NCBI GenBank assembly: GCA_038062015.1
Contig: JBBTXZ010000002.1
Coordinates: 1,266 to 65,265 of the forward strand
From: Patescibacteria group bacterium
GTDB lineage: Bacteria > Patescibacteriota > Minisyncoccia > 2-02-FULL-40-12
Direction: 5' to 3'
DNA length: 64,000 bases
This document shows, piece by piece, positions 38,924-48,907 of this stretch (position 1 is the first letter of the stretch; each line of letters opens with the position of its first letter). Made by a program: the position numbers and the translations under genes. Below the pieces are notes generated by a model that was not told the DNA's origin, made no database searches, and saw only the letters and a program-made list of their open reading frames with translations.

Positions 38924-39880
38924 TTATTTATTTGTGCTGACTAATCGACCGTCTTGATTAATTGATTTTTCTGCGGCCTCTAAAATTTCAACTACGGCAA
39001 TCCCCTCTTTGACCCCCGTTTTTGGCTTTTCTTTTAATCTAATATTTCTAAAAAACGACCTAAGTTCTAAAGTAAGCGGCGCGCCTTGATCGTATGAAGG
39101 ATGGATTATTTCAGGTTCTTTTCGCAATACCTCTGTTATATTTTTATTTTTCTTAAGCGCCGGGCCCATATTTTCATAAAGAGTGAGCTTCTGTTCTGCC
39201 GTATCATCAAAAATAATACTGCTTTTCTGCCCTATTATTGTGAGCCGTTTTCTTTTTTCAGGGAAAAGCCAGGAATTAAAAATGAAGCCCGCTGTTCCAT
39301 TAGAAAAACTAAGTTTTATATAGACAGTATCGTGAAGTTTTGTATTTGACCGCAGGGACGAAACACCCCAGGCCTGAACAGAAATCGGCCTGCTATCTAT
39401 AAGATCAAGCATCATGGCAATATCATGCGGCGCCCAGTCCCACATTGCCGATATATCGTTGCGATAAGGCCCGTTACTGGATCCCTCGCCGTATAGAAAA
39501 CGAACAGGCCCAATTTTTTTGACCAGTTCTTTTACCTTTTTGTAAGCCGGATTATAAAGATGGATGTGTCCGACAAAAACCAAACTCCAGCTTTTTTGGG
39601 CGGCTGCCTCAAGCCGTTTTGCGTCAGCAAGATTCGTGGTCATTGGTTTTTCAATAAAAACCGGCAGGCCTTGCTTTATAAAAGGCAGAGCAACCCGGGC
39701 GTGGGTGGAGGCCGGAGTAGCGACAATGATCGCATCAATATCTTTCTTTAGAATGAGTTTCTGGTAATTATGAGTTTCAATATAAGCCAAAACTGCCTCT
39801 GGCAGTTTTTCAAGCGCTGCAATGATTTTTTGACCCCATAGCCCTTTTCCTATGACAGCGGTTCTGTATGATTTTTTCAT
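38924..39880 (-). CDS. Gfo/Idh/MocA-family NAD(P)-dependent sugar oxidoreductase
   Basis: Rossmann start MKKSYRTAVIGKGLWGQKIIAAL; start moved to the internal Met to remove a 43-bp overlap. Confidence 0.65.
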   Translation of the reverse strand: MKKSYRTAVIGKGLWGQKIIAALEKLPEAVLAYIETHNYQKLILKKDIDAIIVATPASTHARVALPFIKQGLPVFIEKPMTTNLADAKRLEAAAQKSWSLVFVGHIHLYNPAYKKVKELVKKIGPVRFLYGEGSSNGPYRNDISAMWDWAPHDIAMMLDLIDSRPISVQAWGVSSLRSNTKLHDTVYIKLSFSNGTAGFIFNSWLFPEKRKRLTIIGQKSSIIFDDTAEQKLTLYENMGPALKKNKNITEVLRKEPEIIHPSYDQGAPLTLELRSFFRNIRLKEKPKTGVKEGIAVVEILEAAEKSINQDGRLVSTNK

Positions 39881-39900
39881 AGTGCGGCAAAGATTATAAA

Positions 39901-40980
39901 CTAAATAACGCCGGCCAGATAGTGCGGGTCGTTTCTGCACCACGATATAAATCGTGAGATGCCTTCTTGAAGAGAGGTTTGAGGCACAAAATTAAGATGT
40001 TCTTTCGCTTTTGAAATATCAGGACAGCGCCGCATCGGTTCGCCAGCCGGATAACTTTCGGGATAAGGAATTAAATTGTATGACGCGCCGTTGCCTTCCA
40101 GTGATACTACTAATTGAGCAAGATCCTTCATTGAAATTTCATTTGCGTCGTTGCCGATATTGTAGGCCTCGCCCGCTTGACCTTTTGCAAGAACTCTAAG
40201 AAAGCCATCGATAGCATCGGTAATATAACAAAATGTGCGCGTCTGGAGTCCATCGCCGTGCACGGGTATAGGTTTTCTATTTAAAACCATATAAGTGAAC
40301 ATAGGCAGTACCCGGCGATCATTATGAGACATACCCGGGCCAAACACATTAAATGGGCGCACGATTTTTGTCGGCAAGCCAAACTGTTCATTATAAATTA
40401 TAGCCAGGGTCTCGCCTAATCGTTTTGATTCGTCATAACAAGCGCGGGGACCGACAGAAGAAACAAACCCGTGGTATGTTTCAGGCGTCGGAACTGCGGC
40501 TGGATCCGGATCGCCGTAAATTTCGCTGGAGCTGAAAAAAAGAAACCCTTCTAGATTTTTATTTTTTCGTCCAAGATCGAGCAGATTTTTCGCCCCGGAA
40601 ACGGCGCTCTCAATAGTTTCGAGAGGATATTTCTTATAATAAACCGGCGAAGCAAGCCCGGCGGCGTGAATTATATAATGAATGTCTTCCCGCACCGGCA
40701 AAGGATGTATAACATCAGCCCAGACTTCAAGAACATCGGACCGGTCTCGATAGTTAAAATGAGGGTGGCGCTGACCGGTAATATAATTATCAGCTGAAAT
40801 TATCCGGCAAGGCCGGGAAAATACAGTATCGTTCAAATCGCATAAAGCGCCTACGATATATTTACCCAAAAAACCGGCGCCGCCGCTGATTAAAATAGTT
40901 TTGCCTTCAAAATTTTTTGCCGTTTCGCCTAATTTTTTGGTAATAGCGGCTATATCTTCTCTAACTATCTCCTCGTACAT
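39901..40980 (-). CDS. NAD-dependent NDP-sugar epimerase/dehydratase (extended SDR; UDP-glucuronate decarboxylase-like)
   Basis: GKTILISGGAGFLGKYIV; catalytic YDESKRLGE (YxxxK). Confidence 0.75.
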   Translation of the reverse strand: MYEEIVREDIAAITKKLGETAKNFEGKTILISGGAGFLGKYIVGALCDLNDTVFSRPCRIISADNYITGQRHPHFNYRDRSDVLEVWADVIHPLPVREDIHYIIHAAGLASPVYYKKYPLETIESAVSGAKNLLDLGRKNKNLEGFLFFSSSEIYGDPDPAAVPTPETYHGFVSSVGPRACYDESKRLGETLAIIYNEQFGLPTKIVRPFNVFGPGMSHNDRRVLPMFTYMVLNRKPIPVHGDGLQTRTFCYITDAIDGFLRVLAKGQAGEAYNIGNDANEISMKDLAQLVVSLEGNGASYNLIPYPESYPAGEPMRRCPDISKAKEHLNFVPQTSLQEGISRFISWCRNDPHYLAGVI

Positions 40981-40993
40981 AGAATTTATATTA

Positions 40994-42175
40994 TCACACT
41001 ACTTCTCTCGGTGGAATAGGGATTAAGTATCTATAAGAATTATTTGTTTTTTTCTTTATATCATCTAAGTACTCATAAGCAAACACCACTAAAATATCAG
41101 GCTTATGTTCATCTAAATAAGTTTTAGGAACAATCGGGATATGAGTTCCGGGGCTAAAACGATTCTGCTTCAGGGGACTGTCATCAATAATAAACTCAAT
41201 GAGCGACGAATCTATATTCCCGTAATTACAAATAGTGGCGACCCGGGCTGGCGCGCTATAACCGGCCACCTTGAGGCCGGCTTTTTTATATTCATTTAAT
41301 TTTTCACGAAAAGCAGAAATGTAAGAGTAAACTTTTTGTTTAAAGTCTTCTAATTTCAAACTATTTAAAGTAGTTTCTTCTTCGTCAAGAAGATTTTTAA
41401 CGGCGTCTGATATTAAGAAATCTGATCCGTTTTTACGGACAAAAATCCTGAGAGAACCGCCGTGAGGCTCTATTTTTTCCACATCAGATATATACATACC
41501 ATGTCCAGCAAATAATTTTGAAAGTGAAGTCAGCGAATAGTAAAATATTCTGTCCAAATAAAATCTTTCAAATTGAATATCAACTAAAATATTACCGATG
41601 TACTCGACCTCCAGTATAAAAACACCATCATCAGCCATAACTTTTTTTATATCTTCAATAAACTGATGAGGATTCTCTACATGAGTAAAAATACTGCTTG
41701 CCACGACTATGTCCGGACTTTCAAAATCTTTTTTTATCTTTTCTGACGTTTCCGAGTTAAAAAACGAAGTCAGCGTTGTTAATCCATAATCATTGGCTAT
41801 TTTTGAAACATTAATAGATGGATCAACGCCAACAGCTTTTACTCCTAATTGTTTTAAAGGTTTTAATAGTATACCGTCATTAGAACCGACATCAACCACA
41901 AACCGGGCCGAAATAAGCTTCTTGGCTAAATCTTCGAAATGCCTTACCAAACCGGGATTCACTGAAGAAAGATAATAATAATCTTCAAACATCCTTTCGC
42001 GGGAAATCATTTTCCCAAGCTGAACATTTTTGCAGTTTTTACAGAAAAATATCTGAAGCGGAAAAAAATCTTCTGTCTCAAAATTCTCTTTCTTGGGATA
42101 CTTATTCGCCAAAGGCTGACTCCCGAGATCAAGAAACAAAAAAATGTCCGAATGATTGCACAAATGGCATTTCAT
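40994..42175 (-). CDS. NDP-hexose C-methyltransferase (TylC3/NovU-like; Zn-ribbon + SAM MTase + C-MT C-domain)
   Basis: N-terminal Cys pairs CHLC...CKNC; SAM motif VVDVGSNDGILLKPL; about 390 aa as in sugar 3-C-methyltransferases. Confidence 0.6.
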   Translation of the reverse strand: MKCHLCNHSDIFLFLDLGSQPLANKYPKKENFETEDFFPLQIFFCKNCKNVQLGKMISRERMFEDYYYLSSVNPGLVRHFEDLAKKLISARFVVDVGSNDGILLKPLKQLGVKAVGVDPSINVSKIANDYGLTTLTSFFNSETSEKIKKDFESPDIVVASSIFTHVENPHQFIEDIKKVMADDGVFILEVEYIGNILVDIQFERFYLDRIFYYSLTSLSKLFAGHGMYISDVEKIEPHGGSLRIFVRKNGSDFLISDAVKNLLDEEETTLNSLKLEDFKQKVYSYISAFREKLNEYKKAGLKVAGYSAPARVATICNYGNIDSSLIEFIIDDSPLKQNRFSPGTHIPIVPKTYLDEHKPDILVVFAYEYLDDIKKKTNNSYRYLIPIPPREVV

Positions 42176-42196
42176 AGTAAGAATAATATCTTCGTT

Positions 42197-42724
42197 TTAG
42201 GGACTTTTCAAGGGGATATTATTAACAATTTCCCATTGATCAACGGCCCCAAAAGCCCGGCAAAGACAGATTGAGTTAACTGTAAAGCTTAGGGATTTAA
42301 TCGTTGAAGAATTAAATAAACGTATAGCTTTGTCTTTTAAACTATCACTGATACTCCCATATACCACACTCATATGGGGATTATAAGCATACTTTTTGTT
42401 AAAAAGTTTTTGAGCAAGATTATTTGTCCCCATAAGTCCTTTTGATTTTCTGCATCTCAAAAAAATAGATTTGTAAAATTCGTATGACTTAACCGGATTT
42501 ATAAAGGTAATCTTGAAAGGAGCAGTTTCCCGGGCGATTTGCTTCATTATCTTTATTATCTTTTCGGGTTTAAACTTAACGTCATTAATCAAAGTTACAT
42601 GGGGCTTAAAAGAAATAGTGTTGGTTTGTTTATTTACATTATTTAAAAAACCGGCCATAAATTCCAGTTTTTTATTATCAGGAACCAACCATAAAGAATA
42701 TTCTTTTAATGAATTATCCTTCAT
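42197..42724 (-). CDS. 2H phosphoesterase (LigT/cyclic phosphodiesterase-like)
   Basis: two H-x-[TS]-x motifs (HVTL and HMSV) about 80 aa apart; 175 aa. Confidence 0.5.
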   Translation of the reverse strand: MKDNSLKEYSLWLVPDNKKLEFMAGFLNNVNKQTNTISFKPHVTLINDVKFKPEKIIKIMKQIARETAPFKITFINPVKSYEFYKSIFLRCRKSKGLMGTNNLAQKLFNKKYAYNPHMSVVYGSISDSLKDKAIRLFNSSTIKSLSFTVNSICLCRAFGAVDQWEIVNNIPLKSP

Positions 42725-43566
42725 TAATTTTTCTTTAGTATATCTTTGAATACCAGCCGCAGGCGTTTTCTAAGTTCCGGATGACGAAGAGCAAAGATAA
42801 GTTCTGTTTTAATAAGATCAGCCTTATTCCCGGTATCAAAATGTCTATTTTTGCAAGTATAAGCGCATAGTTTATAATCTTTGGCGTAATCACGAAGAGC
42901 ATTAGCCAGCTTAACTTCTTCATTTGGCCCTCTTTCTTTTAAGAGTTTCCCAAGATAACCAAAGATCTTTGGCGTGAGAATATACTTTCCGGTCATAGCG
43001 TATTCGCTGGGCGCTTCTTTGGGCTCTGGTTTTTCGATTATTGACTTTAAAAAATGAATCCTGCCATCGCTTTTTTCTGGATCAATTATGCCATACTGTC
43101 TGCTTTTGCTGCGGTCAATTTTTTCAACTGAAATAACCGGAATTTTATTTTTCAAATAAATATTTTTCAATTCGCCGATAAGCGAAGTCCCAGGAAAGGA
43201 AATAAGATCACCCATCGTCACCGCGAATGCTTTTTCCCGTTTGAGAATATTCCTAGCTTCAAAAAGGCACTGGCCATCACCTAAGCGCTGGTCAGTTTCT
43301 AAAAATCTAAGGTTAATATTAGAAAACTCTTTTAATAATTCTCTAGCTCCTTTGCTTTTCAAAAAATTCCTCAAGTCTTTTCTCTCAACATGGGTGATAA
43401 AAATAACATTATGAATGCCAGCCTCATAAGCTTCTTTAATCAAATAATAAATGATTGGTTTATCAACCAACCTTAATAATTCTTTAGGCGTAACATAGGT
43501 TATAGGCCGCAATCTTGTTCCAGCTCCGGCAACGGGAATAACAATTGTATTAACAGCATCTTTCAT
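42724..43566 (-). CDS. sugar-1-phosphate nucleotidyltransferase (UTP--glucose-1-phosphate uridylyltransferase, GalU-like)
   Basis: VIPVAGAGTRLRPITYVTPKELL...DKPIIYY. Confidence 0.8.
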   Translation of the reverse strand: MKDAVNTIVIPVAGAGTRLRPITYVTPKELLRLVDKPIIYYLIKEAYEAGIHNVIFITHVERKDLRNFLKSKGARELLKEFSNINLRFLETDQRLGDGQCLFEARNILKREKAFAVTMGDLISFPGTSLIGELKNIYLKNKIPVISVEKIDRSKSRQYGIIDPEKSDGRIHFLKSIIEKPEPKEAPSEYAMTGKYILTPKIFGYLGKLLKERGPNEEVKLANALRDYAKDYKLCAYTCKNRHFDTGNKADLIKTELIFALRHPELRKRLRLVFKDILKKN

Positions 43567-43584
43567 AGTCTTAATAAATTACAC

Positions 43585-43616
43585 TAATTTTATTAAAAAA
43601 GGAAGCGGGACGATTG
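43585..43616 (-). terminator. rho-independent terminator after the GC-rich two-gene island
   Basis: minus-strand agcgggac-aatc-gtcccgct hairpin followed by tccttttttaat. Confidence 0.45.
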
Positions 43617-43639
43617 TCCCGCTTCTAGCGAAAGGTTCT

Positions 43640-44017
43640 TCACTTTCCGATGACTTGACTTGCGTCCGGGTGCGACGGCCAGCGAATCGTATCGCCGAAT
43701 GCCGGCACTTCTTTCACGATGACCCGCTTCTTGGTTCCGGGCGGAAGTATGATAAATTCATGCCTATCCCCCCTCAACGTAATCTCCAACTTCTCACCAT
43801 TTGGCAGCTCTAACTCAAATCTGAGCACGCCTCCATAGATGGTGATGAACTCGACACCAGCAAAGGTTTTCTGATCGTAATCAAAAGGTTTGTCGTAATG
43901 CCAAAGCTTGATTTCGAGATCGGCACTATGTGCTAAACCCTCTTGCATATGACCAACAGCCCAACCATTTGTGCAAGACGAGTTTATCTGTTGAGCGTTT
44001 CCGGTGATGATTTCCAA
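43640..44017 (-). CDS. hypothetical small beta-rich (cupin-like?) protein, GC-rich
   Basis: 125 aa; about 50% GC vs ~38% background; no firm family. Confidence 0.35.
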   Translation of the reverse strand: MEIITGNAQQINSSCTNGWAVGHMQEGLAHSADLEIKLWHYDKPFDYDQKTFAGVEFITIYGGVLRFELELPNGEKLEITLRGDRHEFIILPPGTKKRVIVKEVPAFGDTIRWPSHPDASQVIGK

Positions 44018-44028
44018 GACTTCCTCCT

Positions 44029-44859
44029 TTATGGCAACCTACCGGGCCAATGATGGGTATATTCCAAAACCAAATCGGCAAGTCCCTGATTTACCGCCAA
44101 AACCCAATCGCAGTTGACGTTATCCCACCGAAGCGGATTACCGTAGGGATCACAGGCAACCCCTCCGGCTTCTTGAACCGCGAGAGCCATTGCGGCGGCA
44201 TCCCAGATTTTGGCGATTCCGAGATTATAGTAAACGCCGGTCTGACCCAAAAGAACCCTGCGGCCGCCTTCCACCGCGGCCATTGCACTCAACATGTTGA
44301 AACGCTGCGACAGAGGTTTCAACACCAGATCGAAAACTTTCTGTTTGTGACTCCACGAACCAACGTCTGTTCCGATCTGGGTCTTATCCATCACGCCGTG
44401 CCAATATATCTCTATCGGCATTGGCACCCGGCAGCCAGATGTCAAAACCCAACAACCCTTATCTTTCTCGGCAGTAATAAGCATATTACGAACCGGGAAA
44501 TAAGTGGCTGAACAGACTGTCTGGCCAGTCCGCAGAGTGCAGGCAGTCACGCCGAATTCATCCAAACCGTTGAAGAAATTCGTCGTGCCGTCAAGCGGAT
44601 CGAAAACAGTGCAGTCAGGTGGTATTTCTCTGGCATTCTCCTGTTCTTCGGCAACAATCGTTTCTGCCGGCATGGCCCGGCTGAAAATTGAGAGTCCCTT
44701 TTTTAAAGACTCTCGGTCAGCTGTCGTGGAAAAGTGTTGACCAGGGCTTTCGTTTTTCTCTACAACTCCCTGATCTTCTTCACGCAGAGAAATCACCAGT
44801 TCTCCGCAAGCCAAAACGACCTCTCTAAGCACATCAAGTATCGCCATACGACACCTCAA
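44029..44859 (-). CDS. inositol monophosphatase-family phosphatase (IMPase/CysQ/FBPase-like)
   Basis: DPLDGTTNF and WDAAAMALAVQEAGG motifs; GC-rich. Confidence 0.8.
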   Translation of the reverse strand: MRCRMAILDVLREVVLACGELVISLREEDQGVVEKNESPGQHFSTTADRESLKKGLSIFSRAMPAETIVAEEQENAREIPPDCTVFDPLDGTTNFFNGLDEFGVTACTLRTGQTVCSATYFPVRNMLITAEKDKGCWVLTSGCRVPMPIEIYWHGVMDKTQIGTDVGSWSHKQKVFDLVLKPLSQRFNMLSAMAAVEGGRRVLLGQTGVYYNLGIAKIWDAAAMALAVQEAGGVACDPYGNPLRWDNVNCDWVLAVNQGLADLVLEYTHHWPGRLP

Positions 44860-44924
44860 TTCAGTCCAGTCGGCGTAAAAGACTTGTCAGTAAAGTACAC
44901 GATGATGCTTATTTTGTCAATGTC

Positions 44925-46181
44925 TTACTTTTTCAAACTATGGAAAAAATCCCAGAGTTTTTGGGCCACTGATTCGTGGCTAAAGTTGGCAATCATAAAT
45001 TCACGGGCCGCTTTACCTAGGCGCTCACGCAAATTTTTATCTTTTCCTAATTTTAACATCGGATCATAAACACCCTGAACATCATAAGGCGGTCCAACCA
45101 AAAAACCTGTTTCGCCGTCTTTAACCACTTCGTCCATAGAACCGGAACGGGTAGTTATAACCGGGAGCTCCATTAAAGACGCTTCCATCGTGGCGTAGCC
45201 TAATTGGTCTTCCCAACCTTTGTGAGGTAAACTGGGATAAACAAAGACGTCAGTTACCGAAAGCAATTCTCTCATTTCCTCATGGTCGATCCACGGAAAC
45301 CGATAGATTCGTTCTCTGAATTGAGAACCATTTATAAGCCCGTTAATCTCTTTTTCATAATCATCTTCACCCGTACCGACAATATACAAAACTGCATTTG
45401 GTATTTCTTTTGCCAAATTATTAAATGCCTTGATAATCAAATGAATGCCTTTTCTAAAACTGATTGAACCGACAAAAGAATAAACGATTTTACCCTCAAG
45501 GTTTTGACCGCGAAACTTTTTTGGAATATTTAATTTTTTGAAAAAATGACCGTTCACACCGCTGGCTGGAATCAAGGGATGGAGCCGCCCGGGAATGAAA
45601 CTATCAATTATCTTCCGGGCTTTCTGATTCCCGCAAATAACCCCGTCGCTGAATAAAAGACTAAATTTCAAAATAAAAAGTTTTATCCGGCCGCGCAATC
45701 CAAAAAGTTTTTCCCGATAATGTATGTTTTCCCAGGTCAAACAAAAGAATTTCGCGCCGTATAGTTTAGTCCAAATTAACTGCCAGGTAGTTGATAAAAG
45801 AGGCGGCTCGCTGCAGGCAAAGACAATGTCAATTTTTTTCTTAAATCCTAAACGCCACAGCCAAAACGGAAAAAACGGCGTTAAGCCTTTTAAAAGCCCG
45901 CCGATCAAAAAATAGTTAGAGTGGTAAAACCAAGTTCGCGCTCCAAAGACATTTTTCTTTTCCGGCGTCCGGTAAACAACTTTTCCACCTTTAATAGGCC
46001 ATTTTGAAGGCAGTAAAAAATAAAGCTCATCGCCATCGGGACTAGCCCCCACACTCATCGAGCGATTACCGCTTTGCGGTCCAGTTTTTAAACTTTCGCT
46101 CGTATGAGTGTGGGGGTAAAAATCAAAAACCTCTAAAATATTCTTTCTAACATAAGGGAAACCAGTAATAAGTATCTTCAT
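44925..46181 (-). CDS. GT4-family glycosyltransferase carrying an in-frame palindromic-element insertion near the N-terminus
   Basis: N-terminus MKILITGFPYV; C-terminal HKGWEDQLGYATMEASLMELPVITT; residues YPHTHTSESLKTGPQSGNRSMSVGASPDG are encoded by element copy B. Confidence 0.65.
   Translation of the reverse strand: MKILITGFPYVRKNILEVFDFYPHTHTSESLKTGPQSGNRSMSVGASPDGDELYFLLPSKWPIKGGKVVYRTPEKKNVFGARTWFYHSNYFLIGGLLKGLTPFFPFWLWRLGFKKKIDIVFACSEPPLLSTTWQLIWTKLYGAKFFCLTWENIHYREKLFGLRGRIKLFILKFSLLFSDGVICGNQKARKIIDSFIPGRLHPLIPASGVNGHFFKKLNIPKKFRGQNLEGKIVYSFVGSISFRKGIHLIIKAFNNLAKEIPNAVLYIVGTGEDDYEKEINGLINGSQFRERIYRFPWIDHEEMRELLSVTDVFVYPSLPHKGWEDQLGYATMEASLMELPVITTRSGSMDEVVKDGETGFLVGPPYDVQGVYDPMLKLGKDKNLRERLGKAAREFMIANFSHESVAQKLWDFFHSLKK
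46046..46117. repeat. GC-rich palindromic mini-element, copy B (19-nt arms cccccacactcatcgagcg / cgctcgtatgagtgtggggg) inside a GT4 gene
   Basis: inverted repeat with 1 indel and an internal accgc-ttt-gcggt hairpin; translated in-frame on the minus strand. Confidence 0.55.
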
Positions 46182-46852
46182 TGCTTTTTTGCTTTTACGA
46201 CGAATTGACGGACGAAAAGACTAGGCCACAACTTTAGAATCTTAGTTAGTTTGCCGGGGAAAATAATATGTTTTTCATTGGTAATTGTAAAGCCGCTTTC
46301 GGCTAAAACTTTTTTTAAATAAGGATAGGTAAACCAACGAATATGCCCAAAATCAAACATACCCTCTCTTTCGTATTTGAAAAAGCCAAAAAGGAAGCGA
46401 AAACGGTTGGTCCAGGTAAGAAAATTAGGAGTAGTTAAAATAATCTCTCCGGCCGGCTTTAATACCGCCGAAGATTTTTTTAAAACATAGACTGGATCAA
46501 ATACATGCTCTAAAATTTCAGATAAAATCACCAAATCAAACTTCTGACTCAAAATATCAGCTGACCACTCGCTTTCAACATCAAAAACATAAACTTTATC
46601 AAGCACTTTTTTGGCTTGGGCCGCGGCTGATTCTGAAATTTCAATCCCGGCGACATAATGGCCAAGTTTTTTAATTTCCCGGCCGAGGCGGCCGGAAGCA
46701 CATCCGACTTCAAGAACTCTTTGCTTCGACTTCCTACCCAAAAGTGATAAAATCCTTTTTAGCCGGGTATGGCTGACGCCGTAATTCAAGCTCTTATTCT
46801 CATAGTGAGATTTTTTAGTCAATTGATTCATAAAGTATTCATAATCTAGCAT
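46178..46852 (-). CDS. class I SAM-dependent methyltransferase
   Basis: VLEVGCASGRLGREI motif I. Confidence 0.7.
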   Translation of the reverse strand: MLDYEYFMNQLTKKSHYENKSLNYGVSHTRLKRILSLLGRKSKQRVLEVGCASGRLGREIKKLGHYVAGIEISESAAAQAKKVLDKVYVFDVESEWSADILSQKFDLVILSEILEHVFDPVYVLKKSSAVLKPAGEIILTTPNFLTWTNRFRFLFGFFKYEREGMFDFGHIRWFTYPYLKKVLAESGFTITNEKHIIFPGKLTKILKLWPSLFVRQFVVKAKKQ

Positions 46853-46899
46853 TATTTAAACATCTTGCAAAATCTTGAAAAAATCGTTATTTTAATTTA

Positions 46900-47934
46900 A
46901 TGCCCAGACAAAATAAGACTAAAACTGCTCTAATTTTTGGGGTCACCGGCCAAGACGGCAGTTATTTAACCGAATTGCTTCTAAAAAAGGGTTATCAAGT
47001 TCATGGAATTATCAGAAGAGCTTCTACTTTTAATACCGGGAGGATTGACCATATTTTCCAGGACCCTCATGAAAAAAACCTGAAGCTCGTCTTGCATTAC
47101 GGCGACTTAGCTGACGGAAACACCATTCGAAAACTTATATATAAAGTCCAGCCTGATGAAATATATAATCTGGGTGCCCAGTCCCATGTCCGGGTTTCTT
47201 TTGATATTCCGGAATACACCGCAAACATTACGGCTCTTGGCGTTTTAAGAATATTGGAAGCAATCAAAGATTTTCAGCAAAACGGCGGCAAAAAAGTTAA
47301 ATTTTATCAAGCCAGCTCAAGTGAGATGTTCGGCTCTGCTCCCCCGCCCCAAAACGAAAGTACGCCTTTTAAACCAGAAAGCCCTTATGGAATCGCTAAA
47401 GTTTTTGGCTATCATGTTACCAAATTATATCGCGAAGCCTATGGCATTTTTGCAGTAAACGGAATTCTTTTTAACCACGAAAGTCCTAGGCGCGGTGAAA
47501 CTTTTGTCACCAGAAAAATTACCCGAGGCATTGCCCGAATTTTAGCCGGCCTTGATAAAAAAATATACTTAGGCAATTTGGAGGCCCGGCGCGACTGGGG
47601 CTATGCACCCGAATATATGGAAGCGGCATACCTCATGATGCAGAAATCAAAGCCGGATGATTACGTCATCGGCACCGGCGAAAGCCATTCGGTTAAAGAA
47701 TTTCTGGAAGAAGCTTTTAGTTTAGTCGGCATTAAAAACTGGAAAAAATATATCGGCATAGATCCGCGCTATTTTAGGCCAAGAGAAGTAACCAGCCTTA
47801 TCGCTGATATAAGTAAAGCAAAAAAAGAACTTGGCTGGAAACCAAAAACAAAATTTAAAGATCTAGTAAGAATAATGCTTAAAGAAGATCTAAAAAAACA
47901 CAACCTCTCTGATATTGCCCGAAAAATCAAATAG
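46900..47934 (+). CDS. gmd: GDP-mannose 4,6-dehydratase
   Basis: [31 protein letters not shown]...; catalytic YGIAK; 344 aa. Confidence 0.9.
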   Translation: MPRQNKTKTALIFGVTGQDGSYLTELLLKKGYQVHGIIRRASTFNTGRIDHIFQDPHEKNLKLVLHYGDLADGNTIRKLIYKVQPDEIYNLGAQSHVRVSFDIPEYTANITALGVLRILEAIKDFQQNGGKKVKFYQASSSEMFGSAPPPQNESTPFKPESPYGIAKVFGYHVTKLYREAYGIFAVNGILFNHESPRRGETFVTRKITRGIARILAGLDKKIYLGNLEARRDWGYAPEYMEAAYLMMQKSKPDDYVIGTGESHSVKEFLEEAFSLVGIKNWKKYIGIDPRYFRPREVTSLIADISKAKKELGWKPKTKFKDLVRIMLKEDLKKHNLSDIARKIK

Positions 47935-47944
47935 GTATTTTCAA

Positions 47945-47989
47945 ACCAAAAAGACGCAGTGAGTATTCCCCTAAAACTCACTGCGTCTT
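47945..47989 (-). terminator. rho-independent terminator for the GC-rich gene 48011..48772 (13-bp perfect stem)
   Basis: agacgcagtgagt / actcactgcgtct stem with attcccctaaa loop; T-run (ctttttgg) on the minus strand. Confidence 0.5.
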
Positions 47990-48010
47990 CGCTTGCGAAA
48001 GAACTAAGGG

Positions 48011-48772
48011 CTACGAAGTCACTCTTTCTCTAAGCAGCTGGACCTCACACTCCACTGCCTCGATGAGTGAAGTGAGCTGAAGCATCCGTTTCTTGTAGTC
48101 GGTGAAGCCTTCCTCGGCGGCGGTTTGCTCTTGAGGGTGGATATAATCCACTACCACCTCTCCCACTCTCTGGCCTTCCGTAATCGCCCGAACTAACGGA
48201 ATAAAAATGGAATCCCAGCGATCGCCGTAGTATTTTGATCCATCAAGGGACTTCCCATCATAGGCGAGAAAGTATTTTGCCGCTTCAGTGGAAAAGGCGC
48301 GCGGGCCAAACCAAACATCCAGCGCCTTACCGGTCAGCAGACGGAACCCATCATTGCCGTAGAGCTCCGCATGCATTTGAAACTCGGGGTACGAGGCAAG
48401 GCAGTCCCTTCTTCGAGGCACGACGATCTCATACTGGCCATCGAGAATTGGCTGGACCATTTGATGGATGAATGACACCAGAGGATTCTTTTCCGGCTCC
48501 ATCCACACAACCACTCCATCCTCTCCAGCCAAGCGTACTGCTTCTCTGATGGCTTGGCGGCGGCTCAAACCCATCGTCCCCTTTTCCTCGGCCAGTAAGA
48601 CCGCACGCAAATCAATGAGCCGAGCTTTCACCTCCATGGAAGGAGAACCGTCGACAACCACAATCGGAAGGCTCGAGCTGGTTGCCGACCTGACTGTCTT
48701 GAACGCTTCTTTGGCCCTGACTTCGTCCGGCGACCGATACCAAGTAGTCGTAGCAATCACAACCCGTCCCAC
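48011..48772 (-). CDS. hypothetical protein, strongly GC-rich (~55%); possible GT-A-like nucleotide-sugar transferase
   Basis: 253 aa; PIVVVDGSPS segment faintly GT-A-like; composition very different from its neighbours; has its own terminator. Confidence 0.35.
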   Translation of the reverse strand: MGRVVIATTTWYRSPDEVRAKEAFKTVRSATSSSLPIVVVDGSPSMEVKARLIDLRAVLLAEEKGTMGLSRRQAIREAVRLAGEDGVVVWMEPEKNPLVSFIHQMVQPILDGQYEIVVPRRRDCLASYPEFQMHAELYGNDGFRLLTGKALDVWFGPRAFSTEAAKYFLAYDGKSLDGSKYYGDRWDSIFIPLVRAITEGQRVGEVVVDYIHPQEQTAAEEGFTDYKKRMLQLTSLIEAVECEVQLLRERVTS

Positions 48773-48907
48773 TTCATACCTCCAATCGAAAAATTCTAAT
48801 CCGCTTAAATACTTGCTATAAATTACAGTAATATATTTTAATTAAAAAGTCAAGTTTACTTAGATGTATTTTGATGTTTTAATTAATAGCGGCTTCAAAT
48901 AATTTCA

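Noticed and set aside
39881-39943. 43-bp overlap between ORFs 38924-39943 and 39901-40980 as a possible programmed frameshift or fusion
   Set aside because: The downstream ORF has a canonical Rossmann start at an internal Met (MKKSYRTAVIGKG), which removes the overlap and leaves a normal 20-bp spacer; same logic applied to 22648-23265
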